Part shown: positions 1 to 9,544 of the stretch, piece by piece
Position numbering within the stretch: position 1 is the first letter of the stretch
Layout of the letters: each line of letters begins with the position of its first letter
Virus record (IMG/VR): IMGVR_UViG_3300011906_000002
Location: 186,001-223,076 of that record
Source: an uncultured virus (IMG/VR IMGVR_UViG_3300011906_000002)
Taxonomy: Duplodnaviria; Heunggongvirae; Uroviricota; Caudoviricetes
Length of the DNA: 37,076 nt
Strand: one strand, 5' to 3'
Program-made: the position numbers and the translations under genes
Notes under the pieces: generated by a model
Seen by the model: the letters and a program-made list of their open reading frames with translations, nothing else
Database searches by the model: none
What the model was told of the DNA's origin: nothing

Positions 1-2
1 AT

Positions 3-860
3 GATGATCGGGTCATTGTAATCGGCCCCCATTGCTTTAAAGCGAATGCTCAACTGATCATTGTCGCCGTTGTACACACCCTCGTTGGTGAAGTTAAACG
101 CATTACCCAACGGACTGTTTAACGGAAAGGCTGCGCCACAACACGCAATCTTTTGAACGTACTGGCGCTTGTGATCCAAGATCAAACGGTAGATCCGTGT
201 CTGGTAATCGATGCGCCGTTCAACAATGTTCTCAGGATATGGCACCATTACGCCTTGGTAAACCGAGGACATATAGTGGAGCCATACGAAAAACAGCAAT
301 GATATAGGGTCGCCTTCAATATTTTTGAAGGTCGCGTTGAGTTCAAACGTCTCAAAGAAACGCGAGTGGCTATCAACCATGCTCCAAGCTTCTTGGAAAA
401 GACCCGGTGTGGAGGTGAAAGTCTCGACACCAACATCTGGCCAACCACTGAGGGAAATCAGATTGTTGCTAAGTAGTGGTATGAATGCGCTGTCCTGATC
501 AATCAGCGGACATGCCAATGGGACTCCACTGCCACCTAGGGTGGGGTCATCAAACTTAGCCGGACTCCCAAGGTAAGGGTCTAGCAGCATACGTACTGCA
601 CGCTGTAAAGTGTTCACCCCACCGCCGTTGCCATCGAGCAGCGGTGTCAGGACGCGCACAGGCGTTATGTTATCGTATGTTAGGTTGAGATTAGGCCGCG
701 TAAAAAAGGTCAGGCCCACATTGTCTTTGTTGTTCGGTACGGGGTTTCCGTAGCCGCGGTGGTTGATCCCAAAAAGCGTGTTCAACGCCGCCTGGGAAAT
801 GTCACCTCGACCGACTGACCGTGAGATCTGTCCTAGGACATCCTTAATCGTTTTGCTCAT
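3..860 (-). CDS. Virion structural protein, phiKZ gp88-like (runs off the left edge; not in the ORF track)
   Basis: Manual translation from the ATG at 860 (AAGGTG RBS upstream): MSKTIKDVLGQISRSVGRGDISQAALNTLFGINHRGYGNPVPNNKDNVGLTFFTRPNLNLTYDNI. The GINHR...G.TFFTRP.LNL motif and divergent position before the gp89-like gene are recalled from phiKZ-like phages. Confidence 0.75.
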   Translation of the reverse strand, partial: MSKTIKDVLGQISRSVGRGDISQAALNTLFGINHRGYGNPVPNNKDNVGLTFFTRPNLNLTYDNITPVRVLTPLLDGNGGGVNTLQRAVRMLLDPYLGSPAKFDDPTLGGSGVPLACPLIDQDSAFIPLLSNNLISLSGWPDVGVETFTSTPGLFQEAWSMVDSHSRFFETFELNATFKNIEGDPISLLFFVWLHYMSSVYQGVMVPYPENIVERRIDYQTRIYRLILDHKRQYVQKIACCGAAFPLNSPLGNAFNFTNEGVYNGDNDQLSIRFKAMGADYNDPII

Positions 861-886
861 GAAACACCTTCGAAGGATTTGCAACC

Positions 887-2044
887 ATGATGAATGACGT
901 CGTCACCGGCCTTGCGCTGGCCGGTAAGCTCACGGAGGTTATGCGTAACAGCACCTCCGACTCGTTGATCGAGTACACCAAGCCCACTCGCGTTGAACCG
1001 CTTGTGTTGATGGATGCTCGTGTTACCAAACTCGATGTCGCTCCTGACATCATGCAGTCGTTGACTTCATTGTTCAGCGGCTATTACCTACAGGCTGTTG
1101 CACTGTCGGTAAACGTGGGCCGGGTCGATGTAGTAAAGCTGCTCGACAAACTCAACCCACAACGCAGCGTCAAAGACAACGTTGCCAACGGCATCAGTGA
1201 CGGCGTATCGCTTGTCCTGGAAGATGCTCGCTCATATAGTTTCCGTCTCCCGGTACCGGGTCAGGGAAGCGGGCTGGAAAAGTTCGGCATCTCCATGGAA
1301 GCGGCAACTGTGCGTGAGATGGCACGTGCTGCAGGCAACGGTGAAACTGTACCTGGCGGTGAAGAAACCGCAGGCTTTGGTCGTGACACGGTAGCCTCGC
1401 TCCAAGACCTGACTAACCTTTCGGTTGGTAAGATGTTGGAAGTACAGATTGAGTCGGATGGTCAGCGTGCTACCTTCCCGATTAACGTGCGCCTAATCTG
1501 CACAGGCATCGGTTCTAGTGAACTGGTTCATATCCTATCGGTGGGAAGCAAGAAAATCACCGTGAAGGAACGATTCCATGCTTGGCGTTCAGGCCAACTC
1601 GAGTTCATTCGTGACCTCGTAATGTGCCAAGACCTGATCGATGCCCACAAGAAAACCCTCGCCAAAGACAACTCCGGTCTGTACGAGGAAATCCGCAATC
1701 GTCGTCGTGGTAACAGCATCTCGGCAATCTTCTCCGGTCAACCGTCCGTGGCCACAGCCTCGAACCTGATCGTTGTGGGTGCACCGACTGCCCGTGAACT
1801 GGAACGCGCTGTAGGCGGCCGTCTGAAGGACCTGCGGGTGCGTGACAAGATCTTCAACGAGACCTACTGCATGATCCTCTGTGTAGTGGACCCGGACTAC
1901 GAGATCGTAACCTTCTATCATCGGGGTATTGCTATCCCGACTGAGCTGTCGTTCAAGGAGCTGAAAGTCTCCAACGGCAAGAAGGGGCCTGATGTGGCCG
2001 AAATCATGAAGGCCTACCAAATGGGCGCCAACCCCTCGATCTAA
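887..2044 (+). CDS. Virion head protein, phiKZ gp89-like
   Basis: 385 aa; SLIEYTKPTRVEP, NLSVGKMLEV, GQLEFIRDLVMCQDLID and GPDVAEI motifs; ISME putative protease site; synteny. Confidence 0.75.
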   Translation: MMNDVVTGLALAGKLTEVMRNSTSDSLIEYTKPTRVEPLVLMDARVTKLDVAPDIMQSLTSLFSGYYLQAVALSVNVGRVDVVKLLDKLNPQRSVKDNVANGISDGVSLVLEDARSYSFRLPVPGQGSGLEKFGISMEAATVREMARAAGNGETVPGGEETAGFGRDTVASLQDLTNLSVGKMLEVQIESDGQRATFPINVRLICTGIGSSELVHILSVGSKKITVKERFHAWRSGQLEFIRDLVMCQDLIDAHKKTLAKDNSGLYEEIRNRRRGNSISAIFSGQPSVATASNLIVVGAPTARELERAVGGRLKDLRVRDKIFNETYCMILCVVDPDYEIVTFYHRGIAIPTELSFKELKVSNGKKGPDVAEIMKAYQMGANPSI

Positions 2045-2056
2045 GCGGAGTCAACC

Positions 2057-2953
2057 ATGAAGATCCAGAAGTTCCTTTCACTGATGCTCCCGACCTTCGA
2101 GCGCAGCCGTTTAACCGAGGAACTCTCGGTGCTGCGTGCAGAGATCGAAGAGATCACTTTGCCTCCGTATATCTCCGTTAAGGAACACTACGGTCGCAAC
2201 AAGCTTCACGCTAAGCAATGCCAGAACTACGACCGTGAGTTCACCAAAAAGATCTCCCCCAAACTCGGCAATGTCAACTACCTCTTCGGAGTGGGTGCGG
2301 TATTGGAAGGTATGGGTGAGCGTTTGGACACGATCGAGAAGATGGTTAACAAAGCCTTCGCTCAAGACGTTGGTTCCAGTGCCATCAGTTTCACTCGCGC
2401 CAACCTGATTCAGTACCTCGAAGTGGTGTCCTTTGCATCGCGCTACGCCCGCCGTCTGCTGTTGTGGACGTTGAGCGAAGAGCAAGGCGACAACAAAAAC
2501 GGCTTCATATTGCCTAAGGCAATGTCCAAAGCCGAAGAGCGTTGGATCTGGGACAACCGCGATAACTTCGCACAAGCCTGCCGTATCCTCTACATCCAGC
2601 CGCGTCAACTGGAGTCGAGCTTTGCTGCGATCCCGGACATGACTGTTACGGCTGATGAAGTGCCGATGATCGAACAAACCCTGGGTGCCACCAAAACCGA
2701 TCCGCTCGGCTTTGGCTTGATCCCGGTGCGTCTGAACCCGATCTACTACGTGCGCATGGCTGTGGCTGAGTGGCAAGTCAGTCGTTACAAAGCTGCGCTG
2801 GAAGAAAAGCGCGCCCTCGAGTATCGCCTGCTGGCGCTTAAAGAAGAGCGTGAGCCTGATGCGCGTCTGCAACAAGAGATTGCCTACACTGAAGGCCGTC
2901 TGCAGAAGCTCAACAAGAAGGTGATGGACATGGAGAGTGACTACTATGACTAA
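2057..2953 (+). CDS. Virion head/inner-body protein, phiKZ gp90-like
   Basis: 298 aa; GGAG RBS; DPLGFG...NPIY motif and C-terminal coiled coil (QQEIAYTEGRLQKL); follows the gp89-like gene. Confidence 0.7.
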   Translation: MKIQKFLSLMLPTFERSRLTEELSVLRAEIEEITLPPYISVKEHYGRNKLHAKQCQNYDREFTKKISPKLGNVNYLFGVGAVLEGMGERLDTIEKMVNKAFAQDVGSSAISFTRANLIQYLEVVSFASRYARRLLLWTLSEEQGDNKNGFILPKAMSKAEERWIWDNRDNFAQACRILYIQPRQLESSFAAIPDMTVTADEVPMIEQTLGATKTDPLGFGLIPVRLNPIYYVRMAVAEWQVSRYKAALEEKRALEYRLLALKEEREPDARLQQEIAYTEGRLQKLNKKVMDMESDYYD

Positions 2954-3515
2954 GACGTCAGGTGTGCTCTTTCCTCGTGGATTCCTGCTACCCAATGCCA
3001 CTGGCAAGACGGTGACAGATCAAGGGCGCCGTGACGTAGACCAGCTGGTGGACCTGTTGTTCACCGGCCGGGTCAACACCCAAGGGTTTTCGTACTACCG
3101 GGAAGTCTTCCCAATAGCTATGGAACTCTTCGGTGACTTTACGCGCTTTGTTCGGACTCAAGAAAATAACCCGTTCCTCTACGGTTATAATTATGAGTTT
3201 CTGCTGGATACGCTGAAGTTCATCCACACGGGGTGCCGTAAGGTTTCCATACACAACTGGAAGCCCTTGCTCGCCGAGTGGGCAGAGCCTCATTCGAGCC
3301 ATAAGCAGCGGGCTAGTAGTGAACGGCTGAATACGAGCTTTAAACCTGGGGCTGGTCGCCACGGTGCCGAGATCGTTGCCATGTGGTGTTCACATCCCAA
3401 TGGTTTGGAAGATATGGTTATGACGATGGGGTTGATGTTTGGTTCGTCTTACGAGCCTGACACGACTGAATCGGCTGCCTCTCGGATCAAAAAGCTTAAT
3501 CAGCTTTTCGCTTAA
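2946..3515 (+). CDS. Conserved phiKZ-like hypothetical protein (gp91-like)
   Basis: ATG at 2946 after GGAGAG, overlapping the upstream stop; LFPRGF and YNYEFLLDTLKFI motifs; synteny. Confidence 0.6.
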   Translation: MTKTSGVLFPRGFLLPNATGKTVTDQGRRDVDQLVDLLFTGRVNTQGFSYYREVFPIAMELFGDFTRFVRTQENNPFLYGYNYEFLLDTLKFIHTGCRKVSIHNWKPLLAEWAEPHSSHKQRASSERLNTSFKPGAGRHGAEIVAMWCSHPNGLEDMVMTMGLMFGSSYEPDTTESAASRIKKLNQLFA

Positions 3516-3535
3516 ACAATTTTCGCACAATCAGT

Positions 3536-3545
3536 GTATTGTATG
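3536..3545 (+). promoter_or_regulatory. Putative late promoter (TATG type)
   Basis: GTATTGTATG in the AT-rich gap upstream of the head protein gene; matches GTATGGTATG at 6570 and 12691(-). phiKZ non-virion RNAP late promoters carry TATG at the start site. Confidence 0.5.
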
Positions 3546-3601
3546 CACAAGTGCGCAAAACCTAGTCGCATGACTATCCTTAACGTTACGGAGTTTTACT
3601 C

Positions 3602-4891
3602 ATGAGTCTGAAGCAACTGTTCATCTCCATGGAAGATGAAGCCACCAACGAAACCGAGCTGGTCGTTTCTGCCGACGATACCCTCGAAATCGAAATCGCG
3701 GACGCCGGCGAAGCTGAAGGCGAAGCTGAAGAGCAAAGCGACAACGTCGAAGAGCTGGGCGAAATCTCTGAAGGTCTGGAAAGCATCCTGATCTCCATGG
3801 AAAGCGCCATGCAAGACGGCGGTCTGAACCCGCAAGCTGCTCTCTTCATGCAGCACGCTGTTCAAGCTCACGTTGGTCGTCTGGGCCTCGAAGCTTCCGA
3901 CGTTACCCCGTCGATGGAATCCTTCGGTGGCGCTTCTGGTCAGGCCGCTGCTACCACCATCTCCATGGAAGGTATCGGCGAAACCCTGAAGAAAATCTGG
4001 CTGGCGATCAAGAACGCCGTTGCCAAGGCAATCCAGGCCATCAAGAACTTCTTCGCCAAAATCTTCGGCGGCGTCAGCAAGCTGAAAACTCGTTGCGACG
4101 CTCTGAAGAAGGCCGTTTCCGACCTGACCGAAGAGAAAGGCGACAAGGTCAAGGTTCCGAACGCCAACACCCTGCGTTACAAGGGCAAGGCTGACACCGG
4201 TTCCATCATCGCCGGCCTGGACGCTACCCACAAGATCGCTGGCGATCACATGGAAGGTCTGTCGAAAGCTGCTGCTGAGTTCTACGCGATTCGCGTACCT
4301 CGCCTGCTGGCCGCTGCCGAGACCAACGATTTCTCCCGCGACCTGCTGAACAACGAACTGCTGGACGCCAGCAAGCCGTTCACCGAAGTCGCTCAGAAGA
4401 CCGTCAGCGTCAGTGCTGTCATGTCCGGCGACGCCGTCATGCGCATGGAAGAGACGGCCAGCAGTGAGAAAGGTACCGACGGTAACCTGAAGGCTCCGAA
4501 ACTCGTCAAGGGTTACGGCTTCAAGGCACTGGACGACGCTGGCACCGAAGTCGCTGCTCCGAGCAAGGCTGAGATGCAGAAGGTTCTGGGCAGCTGCGAC
4601 AAGCTGATCTCCCAACTGGAAGAGAAGAAGAAGTCGCTGGAAAAGCTGACCGAAGCTCGCGAGAAGGCCATGAAGGAGACCGAGAAGAAGGTCGAAGGCT
4701 GGACCAAGAAGATCAAGGAAAGCGCCAAGCAAACTGCTGCTTCCATCATCATGCGTAAGGCCAACCTCGACCTCGGTCGTGGCGTCAACCAGATCTACTC
4801 GCACGAGTTCAGCGTCGTTCGCGCCGCTCTCGCGTTCGTTGATCGCGGCGTAGCTGCACACAAGGCCGGTCCTGCTAAAGACAAGAAGTAA
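3602..4891 (+). CDS. Internal head / inner-body protein, phiKZ gp93 family, proteolytically matured
   Basis: 429 aa; acidic propeptide with four SME motifs (ISMED, ISMES, PSMES, ISMEG) followed by ETLKKIWLAIKNAV..IKNFF helix; strongly biased codons typical of high expression. Confidence 0.85.
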   Translation: MSLKQLFISMEDEATNETELVVSADDTLEIEIADAGEAEGEAEEQSDNVEELGEISEGLESILISMESAMQDGGLNPQAALFMQHAVQAHVGRLGLEASDVTPSMESFGGASGQAAATTISMEGIGETLKKIWLAIKNAVAKAIQAIKNFFAKIFGGVSKLKTRCDALKKAVSDLTEEKGDKVKVPNANTLRYKGKADTGSIIAGLDATHKIAGDHMEGLSKAAAEFYAIRVPRLLAAAETNDFSRDLLNNELLDASKPFTEVAQKTVSVSAVMSGDAVMRMEETASSEKGTDGNLKAPKLVKGYGFKALDDAGTEVAAPSKAEMQKVLGSCDKLISQLEEKKKSLEKLTEAREKAMKETEKKVEGWTKKIKESAKQTAASIIMRKANLDLGRGVNQIYSHEFSVVRAALAFVDRGVAAHKAGPAKDKK

Positions 4892-4915
4892 TTCAAGTCT
4901 GAAGTAACGCGCCTT

Positions 4916-4950
4916 TAAAAGCCCATCCTTCGGGATGGGCTTTTATGCCG
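4916..4950 (+). terminator. Intrinsic terminator with TATGCCG tail
   Basis: TAAAAGCCCATCC-TTCG-GGATGGGCTTTTA followed by TGCCG. Confidence 0.9.
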
Positions 4951-5028
4951 CCTCTGTAATAGCTTATTAAAGAAAGGAACGGATGAAAGAGCTGATCGTT
5001 CATTTGTCCCAACAGACCAAATAAAAAA

Positions 5029-5056
5029 ATTTCAGATCTATATTACCTTGGTGAAT
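5029..5056 (+). promoter_or_regulatory. Putative early (virion RNAP) promoter
   Basis: ATTTCAGATCTATATTACCTTGGTGAAT; 21/28 identical to 12727-12754; contains the TATTAC core known from phiKZ early promoters; A-tract upstream. Confidence 0.7.
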
Positions 5057-5103
5057 AGGATACAATACTGTATCCACTACCCTGCAATCTGAGGAGATTC
5101 ACC

Positions 5104-6021
5104 ATGTCTGCTATCAATACTGTATCTGCTGCCCGTGCTTTCGCTAAGACCATGATCGTTCTGTTGGAAAACAGTGGCGAGCACGAAGGCAAAAAGTTTG
5201 TAGGTTCTGCACGTACCGAGAACGGCGAACCCTTCTTGCTGGTTGAAGGCAAGCACCCCATCAGCTTCGAACCTACCGAAGAAGGCACTATCGTCTTCAC
5301 CAACACCAAGCTGAAGGACGTGGCCAAGTTCACCCTGAACCATGCCAATCCTGTCCGTAATGAACTGGAAGCCTATTGCCAAACCAACGGGCTGATCTAC
5401 CAGTACAACTTCCGGGCTAACCCGATGGAGAAAGCCATCATCACCGCCACCCTGTCGAACACTGTGCGTCAGTTCGAACTGCACGGCGATCAAGCCACCG
5501 AAGAACTGATCATCGGTGGTGTTCTGGAAGAGACCATGGGTAACTTTGCCCAAGCTATCAAAGTGGTTGCCCCAGAGATGATGGACCACGAAGAAACCAG
5601 TCTGGCCGATGCGATGATCGCTGCAGGCATGACTCCTACCCGCGAAGAAGCCGCACCAGTGCGACCCAGTGCCATGTTGGCAAACACACATCAAGAGGCT
5701 ACTATGAAGAAAGTTGAAGCTGCCCCTGTGGTTACTGAAGCCAAACACAACCCGGTCAATCTGTTGAAGCGTGTGGCCGATGAAACCGACACCAGTCGTG
5801 CTGAAGCATTGATCGGTATTCTTAGCCAAGGTCAAGACCTGAACGAGGATGAGAAAACTATGCTCAACACACTGCGCACCATGGTCGCTAAGACCAAAGC
5901 CCGTCGCGATAAGCTGGAAGAAACCCTGAATGACAATAGTAACATTGTTGCCCACATAGTCGGGCGCCGTCTGCGCAGCCACCTTGTGCCTTACGGTCTG
6001 TATCAGCGTCATCTGGCCTAA
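5104..6021 (+). CDS. Hypothetical early protein
   Basis: 305 aa; GAGGAG RBS; directly behind the early promoter; C-terminal coiled coil; no recognised family. Confidence 0.75.
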   Translation: MSAINTVSAARAFAKTMIVLLENSGEHEGKKFVGSARTENGEPFLLVEGKHPISFEPTEEGTIVFTNTKLKDVAKFTLNHANPVRNELEAYCQTNGLIYQYNFRANPMEKAIITATLSNTVRQFELHGDQATEELIIGGVLEETMGNFAQAIKVVAPEMMDHEETSLADAMIAAGMTPTREEAAPVRPSAMLANTHQEATMKKVEAAPVVTEAKHNPVNLLKRVADETDTSRAEALIGILSQGQDLNEDEKTMLNTLRTMVAKTKARRDKLEETLNDNSNIVAHIVGRRLRSHLVPYGLYQRHLA

Positions 6022-6030
6022 GGGCTGAGA

Positions 6031-6066
6031 AGAAAGAGGGGCCTTTGGGCTCCTCTTTTTTTTTTA
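6031..6066 (+). terminator. Intrinsic terminator
   Basis: AAAGAGGGGCC-TTTG-GGCTCCTCTTT followed by a long T run. Confidence 0.85.
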
Positions 6067-6116
6067 CATTGTTTAGTGATACTATAGACAACCCACCATT
6101 AAAGGAAGTAGTTGAT

Positions 6117-6533
6117 ATGAGTAATAAAACCCTTCACCGCCATCTGGTTATCTTTGGTGACCATAAAGAGTCCCTAGTAGTTGAAGCCGTAGATCAACCA
6201 GGACCAGGTAATGCTCACCATCACTACACCATCACTGGTTTTGATACTAAATCCAATCCCAGTAATAGTAACGCTGAAGGCTATGTTTCCAGTTTCAGTA
6301 GGTTGCCGGTGATATTCCAACACGGTACCGTACCCGAATGTGGTCAGAACGGCATAACCATAGAAGCACTGTTGGCAATCTGCGAACACCGTTTGTCTGG
6401 TTTCCAGTCAGGACCATACTCCAACAACTATAATGCAGAAGCACTGCTACACGTGGGCAAAGCTTTGGATGCCCTTAAACAAAGGACCCTGGACCGACTG
6501 GTTCGACAAGTCGAAGGTCTCGAGAAAGCATAA
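6117..6533 (+). CDS. tad1: Thoeris anti-defence 1 (Tad1) family cyclic-nucleotide sponge
   Basis: ATG 6117 after AAGGAAG, 138 aa. GPGNAHHHY, IFQHG...NGIT.EALLAICEHRL..FQSGPY...N..AL.H...AL..L..RT.DR..R.VEG align with the Tad1 pattern (GPGGAYHEY; FQKG; LLEIVRDRL.SFQAGPF; NACALTH; RVEDRIER.V.G). Confidence 0.85.
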   Translation: MSNKTLHRHLVIFGDHKESLVVEAVDQPGPGNAHHHYTITGFDTKSNPSNSNAEGYVSSFSRLPVIFQHGTVPECGQNGITIEALLAICEHRLSGFQSGPYSNNYNAEALLHVGKALDALKQRTLDRLVRQVEGLEKA

Positions 6534-6536
6534 GTA

Positions 6537-6568
6537 AGGAGGGGGGGTTAGCCCCTCCTCCTATGTCG
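6537..6568 (+). terminator. Terminator-like hairpin with TATGTCG tail
   Basis: AGGAGGGG...CCCCTCCT followed by CCTATGTCGC; weak T tract. Confidence 0.6.
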
Positions 6569-6569
6569 C

Positions 6570-6579
6570 GTATGGTATG
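6570..6579 (+). promoter_or_regulatory. Putative late promoter (TATG type)
   Basis: GTATGGTATG upstream of the structural operon; identical to 12691-12700 on the minus strand. Confidence 0.55.
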
Positions 6580-6627
6580 GCTTAGACTAAACGTGTGGTT
6601 GACACTGCACAACCCAAGGAGTTAACC

Positions 6628-8154
6628 ATGCCCAACATTGTTTCTGAGATCCCCGAGACGTATAACTCGGTGTCTCGTCCGGTGTGCGTCCAGATGATCA
6701 AAGATCTGGTAGCGTACATGGGGTTACCGGAAGACACAGGGATCGATTATTACGGTAGTACCGAAACCCAGTACCAGTCCTCGACCCCAATGGATCAAAC
6801 GCCTGCTAACAAGTATGGCTTTACCGGCCGGGTGTTTGTAGAGGTGGAGGAGGAATACATTGAAGAACGTACCCTCACCACTGCAGTACGCAAGCCTAAC
6901 GAACAGTTTATCTTTTCTGATCCTGAGCTAGGCGTTTCTGTTAAACCGGTCTACGTTCGAACCGAAGTGGCCATCAGTTTCCGTTACCGTGCCCCAGATC
7001 GGACCAGTGCCATGCGGTGGCGTGACCGGATGCGTCTGAAGGTCTCTGAGGGGCAGCAAGAACTGTTGCACGAGTTTGATTACCACTATCCCCTACCTAA
7101 AGCTGAACTGATCATCCTGCGCGAAATCTGGCGGATGCGTGAAGCTCAGTTCGGGTATGGAGAAGACTTGAAGACCTACCTGCGCAGCCATTTCAGTCCT
7201 CGTGTAGTGTCAGTCACCAACCAAGCGGGTCGTGGGGCGTTGTTGTCCATGGCAGAACGTCAGGTCGGAGTCATCGGTTGGTTCGACTTTATGGCACAGC
7301 CTGACAAGGGCGCGACTGCCAGCGAAGGGTCGCCTTGGGAGATTGGGTTTGAATACCGCTTCCAATACGACAAACCTGTGGCCTGTGCCATGCGCTATCC
7401 GATCGTCATCCACAACCAAGTGATCGATCCTAAGTTCCGGCGTGAGAAACTCCATTACGAGCTGGCTAACGTCTCCCGTCGTCCGAACGATGAACGTCGA
7501 CACCTCGATAAGTTCACTCGACTCTACACTGACGCGGTCTATCCATTTAAAGGTGTGCGCATTCCAGACTACGATGACTGGTCCACTAACGTTCAGTTCA
7601 AGAACATGAACGAGGTCCTCACCCTGTTGATGGGAGTTGATCCTCAGAACCCACGGGAGTTGTTTAATCTCCGTGAATTAGGTACCCACGAGTTCGTCCC
7701 GTCAGTACTTCGCTTCTTAGCAGGCGAGTCTCGGTACCTGACACTACCCCTCCAGTCGGTTTTCACGATACACCTGTTCTCTGGGGATCGTCGTTTGGAT
7801 GAGTCGTGGTTGATCGTGGATGCAGACCTCAACGTACGCACTACGCAAGACCTGGACCCACGCAATATGTACCACGTGGTGATTACCATAACCGACCTGT
7901 CGACGTTAAGCCTGAAGGTACTGGATCGGATGCGCAATCATGGTGAAGCGGCGTTAGCCCTCATCAAGTTGATGTATCCGAAACGGGAAAAGACGTTAAC
8001 ACCAGAAGACAAACGCCTGGTAGGCGGTAAACTCTTGCCCATTAAAACCATCATGAAAGTGATCAGCGCCAAAGGGCGTGCCCCCGTGATGCAGACTGTG
8101 GGTAGCTACAGCATCATCGTTAGACCAAAGGATGACCTCCATGCCAATTCTTAA
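6628..8154 (+). CDS. Virion structural protein (phiKZ gp98-like region)
   Basis: ATG 6628 after AAGGAG; about 508 aa; YPIVIHNQ and RIPDYDDW motifs; first gene of a coupled four-gene block; gp number from synteny only. Confidence 0.65.
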   Translation: MPNIVSEIPETYNSVSRPVCVQMIKDLVAYMGLPEDTGIDYYGSTETQYQSSTPMDQTPANKYGFTGRVFVEVEEEYIEERTLTTAVRKPNEQFIFSDPELGVSVKPVYVRTEVAISFRYRAPDRTSAMRWRDRMRLKVSEGQQELLHEFDYHYPLPKAELIILREIWRMREAQFGYGEDLKTYLRSHFSPRVVSVTNQAGRGALLSMAERQVGVIGWFDFMAQPDKGATASEGSPWEIGFEYRFQYDKPVACAMRYPIVIHNQVIDPKFRREKLHYELANVSRRPNDERRHLDKFTRLYTDAVYPFKGVRIPDYDDWSTNVQFKNMNEVLTLLMGVDPQNPRELFNLRELGTHEFVPSVLRFLAGESRYLTLPLQSVFTIHLFSGDRRLDESWLIVDADLNVRTTQDLDPRNMYHVVITITDLSTLSLKVLDRMRNHGEAALALIKLMYPKREKTLTPEDKRLVGGKLLPIKTIMKVISAKGRAPVMQTVGSYSIIVRPKDDLHANS

Positions 8155-9544
8155 CCCTACGGCGCCAGCGCCAGCACCTGAGAAAAACTTGGGACACGCA
8201 GTGTCTCCTCAGGTCAAGAGTAATGTGGTCGACAGCCGTTACCAACCCCTGAAGTCGTTGTTGGCTTTTGTGGAAGGGGCGAGTTGGGCCGTCAACTACT
8301 ACAGCCAGATCTTGGGCAAGGATGACGAGGTCTCTGACCTACAGTTGTCTCAAGAAGCTCCTTACCAACAATACCGGTTGATCAAGCACCTTGAGCTTAA
8401 GGTCACCGATGAGTTGTCTCAGAGCCAAGACAGCCAAACCCGGACCTGGGAAGTCAGTGGTGGGGCCACCGTTTACGCAGGGGTGATCCCTAACGTCGGT
8501 GACGTCTTTATTGCTGACATTGGTGACGGTAAGGAAGGGATCTTTACCATCCTGACCTCCGAGAAGAAATCTCGTCTGAATGATGCGGTGTACACCATCA
8601 CCTACCGGATGCGTTCGGAGATGGATGGTGTTCATCGTCGTGATCTGGATGAGAAGGTGGTAGTCACGCAGGTGTTCGTTAAGAGCAACTTGCAACACAA
8701 CCACGCCACGACGCTAGTCACTTCTGAATTCGAACAACTGGCAAAGATCGAAGCCGGTTACAAGCACTTGGTGATGCACTACTTCCGTGACTTCTTCAAC
8801 ATCGAACACCAGACCCTGCTGGTTCCAGATCAGCCCACCAAGTTGTACGATCCGTTTTTGACCTCTGGGGTACTCTCCACTGTCGATCAGAACGAGCATC
8901 CGTTGTTGTTCCGCATCAAGGTGTTGAACGTTGAGCGAGACCCTGCCTTTAAAGAGATCAACCTCTGGCAGTGCCTGGCACAGAACAACGTGGATCTATT
9001 GACCATGGCGTTTTACCGCGCCGGTGTAGCGCCTCGTGGGCAGTTCAATGAACACCCACAGTTCAATGGCTTTTACTACAGTGGGATTGACAGCATTGTC
9101 TACCCGTTGGATAAAGCCAACTTGAAGGTGGTTGACTCTACACGTTCTGACGTCGCCTACTACAACAACGGTTACTCTTGTGACTATGTAGACCCACTGG
9201 TTCCTGATCGGGTAGTGGGAGGTTCGACACGATCCTTGAGTCTGACCAAATTGCTACAAGGCTCTACCGACTTGGACGGTTTTGCTGAAGCGTCAGATAA
9301 CACGCCTTTGATCCACCCGGTGACTAAGGATGACTTCTACGTATTAAGTGAAGCGTTCTACTACAACCAAACAGGACAGTCGATTCTGGAACAGGTCACC
9401 CGCAATACCCTTGAAGGTAAAGTGGTGGACAAGGCTGACCTGCTACGGCTAGTAGTGGCAGCTAAGACCTGGCCTAACTTGGAGCGGTTTTACTACATCC
9501 CGCTGATCCTGATCCTTATCAAGTATGCGATGGCAGATTACTAA
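8141..9544 (+). CDS. Virion structural protein (phiKZ gp99-like region)
   Basis: ATG 8141 after AAGGA; LLAFVEGASWAVNYYSQ, PNVGDVFIADIGDG, YDPFL and LERFYYIPLIL motifs typical of phiKZ-like virion proteins. Confidence 0.7.
   Translation: MPILNPTAPAPAPEKNLGHAVSPQVKSNVVDSRYQPLKSLLAFVEGASWAVNYYSQILGKDDEVSDLQLSQEAPYQQYRLIKHLELKVTDELSQSQDSQTRTWEVSGGATVYAGVIPNVGDVFIADIGDGKEGIFTILTSEKKSRLNDAVYTITYRMRSEMDGVHRRDLDEKVVVTQVFVKSNLQHNHATTLVTSEFEQLAKIEAGYKHLVMHYFRDFFNIEHQTLLVPDQPTKLYDPFLTSGVLSTVDQNEHPLLFRIKVLNVERDPAFKEINLWQCLAQNNVDLLTMAFYRAGVAPRGQFNEHPQFNGFYYSGIDSIVYPLDKANLKVVDSTRSDVAYYNNGYSCDYVDPLVPDRVVGGSTRSLSLTKLLQGSTDLDGFAEASDNTPLIHPVTKDDFYVLSEAFYYNQTGQSILEQVTRNTLEGKVVDKADLLRLVVAAKTWPNLERFYYIPLILILIKYAMADY

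Noticed and set aside
248..448. 66-aa minus ORF from the track
   Set aside because: Lies out of frame inside the longer minus-strand gene starting at 860, which the track missed because it runs off the edge.
3596..4861. 421-aa minus-strand ORF (similarly 2111-3007, 5077-6012, 14766-15617, 31009-31731, 35198-35917, 35737-36537)
   Set aside because: Antisense shadows of strongly codon-biased plus-strand genes; no RBS or recognisable motifs.
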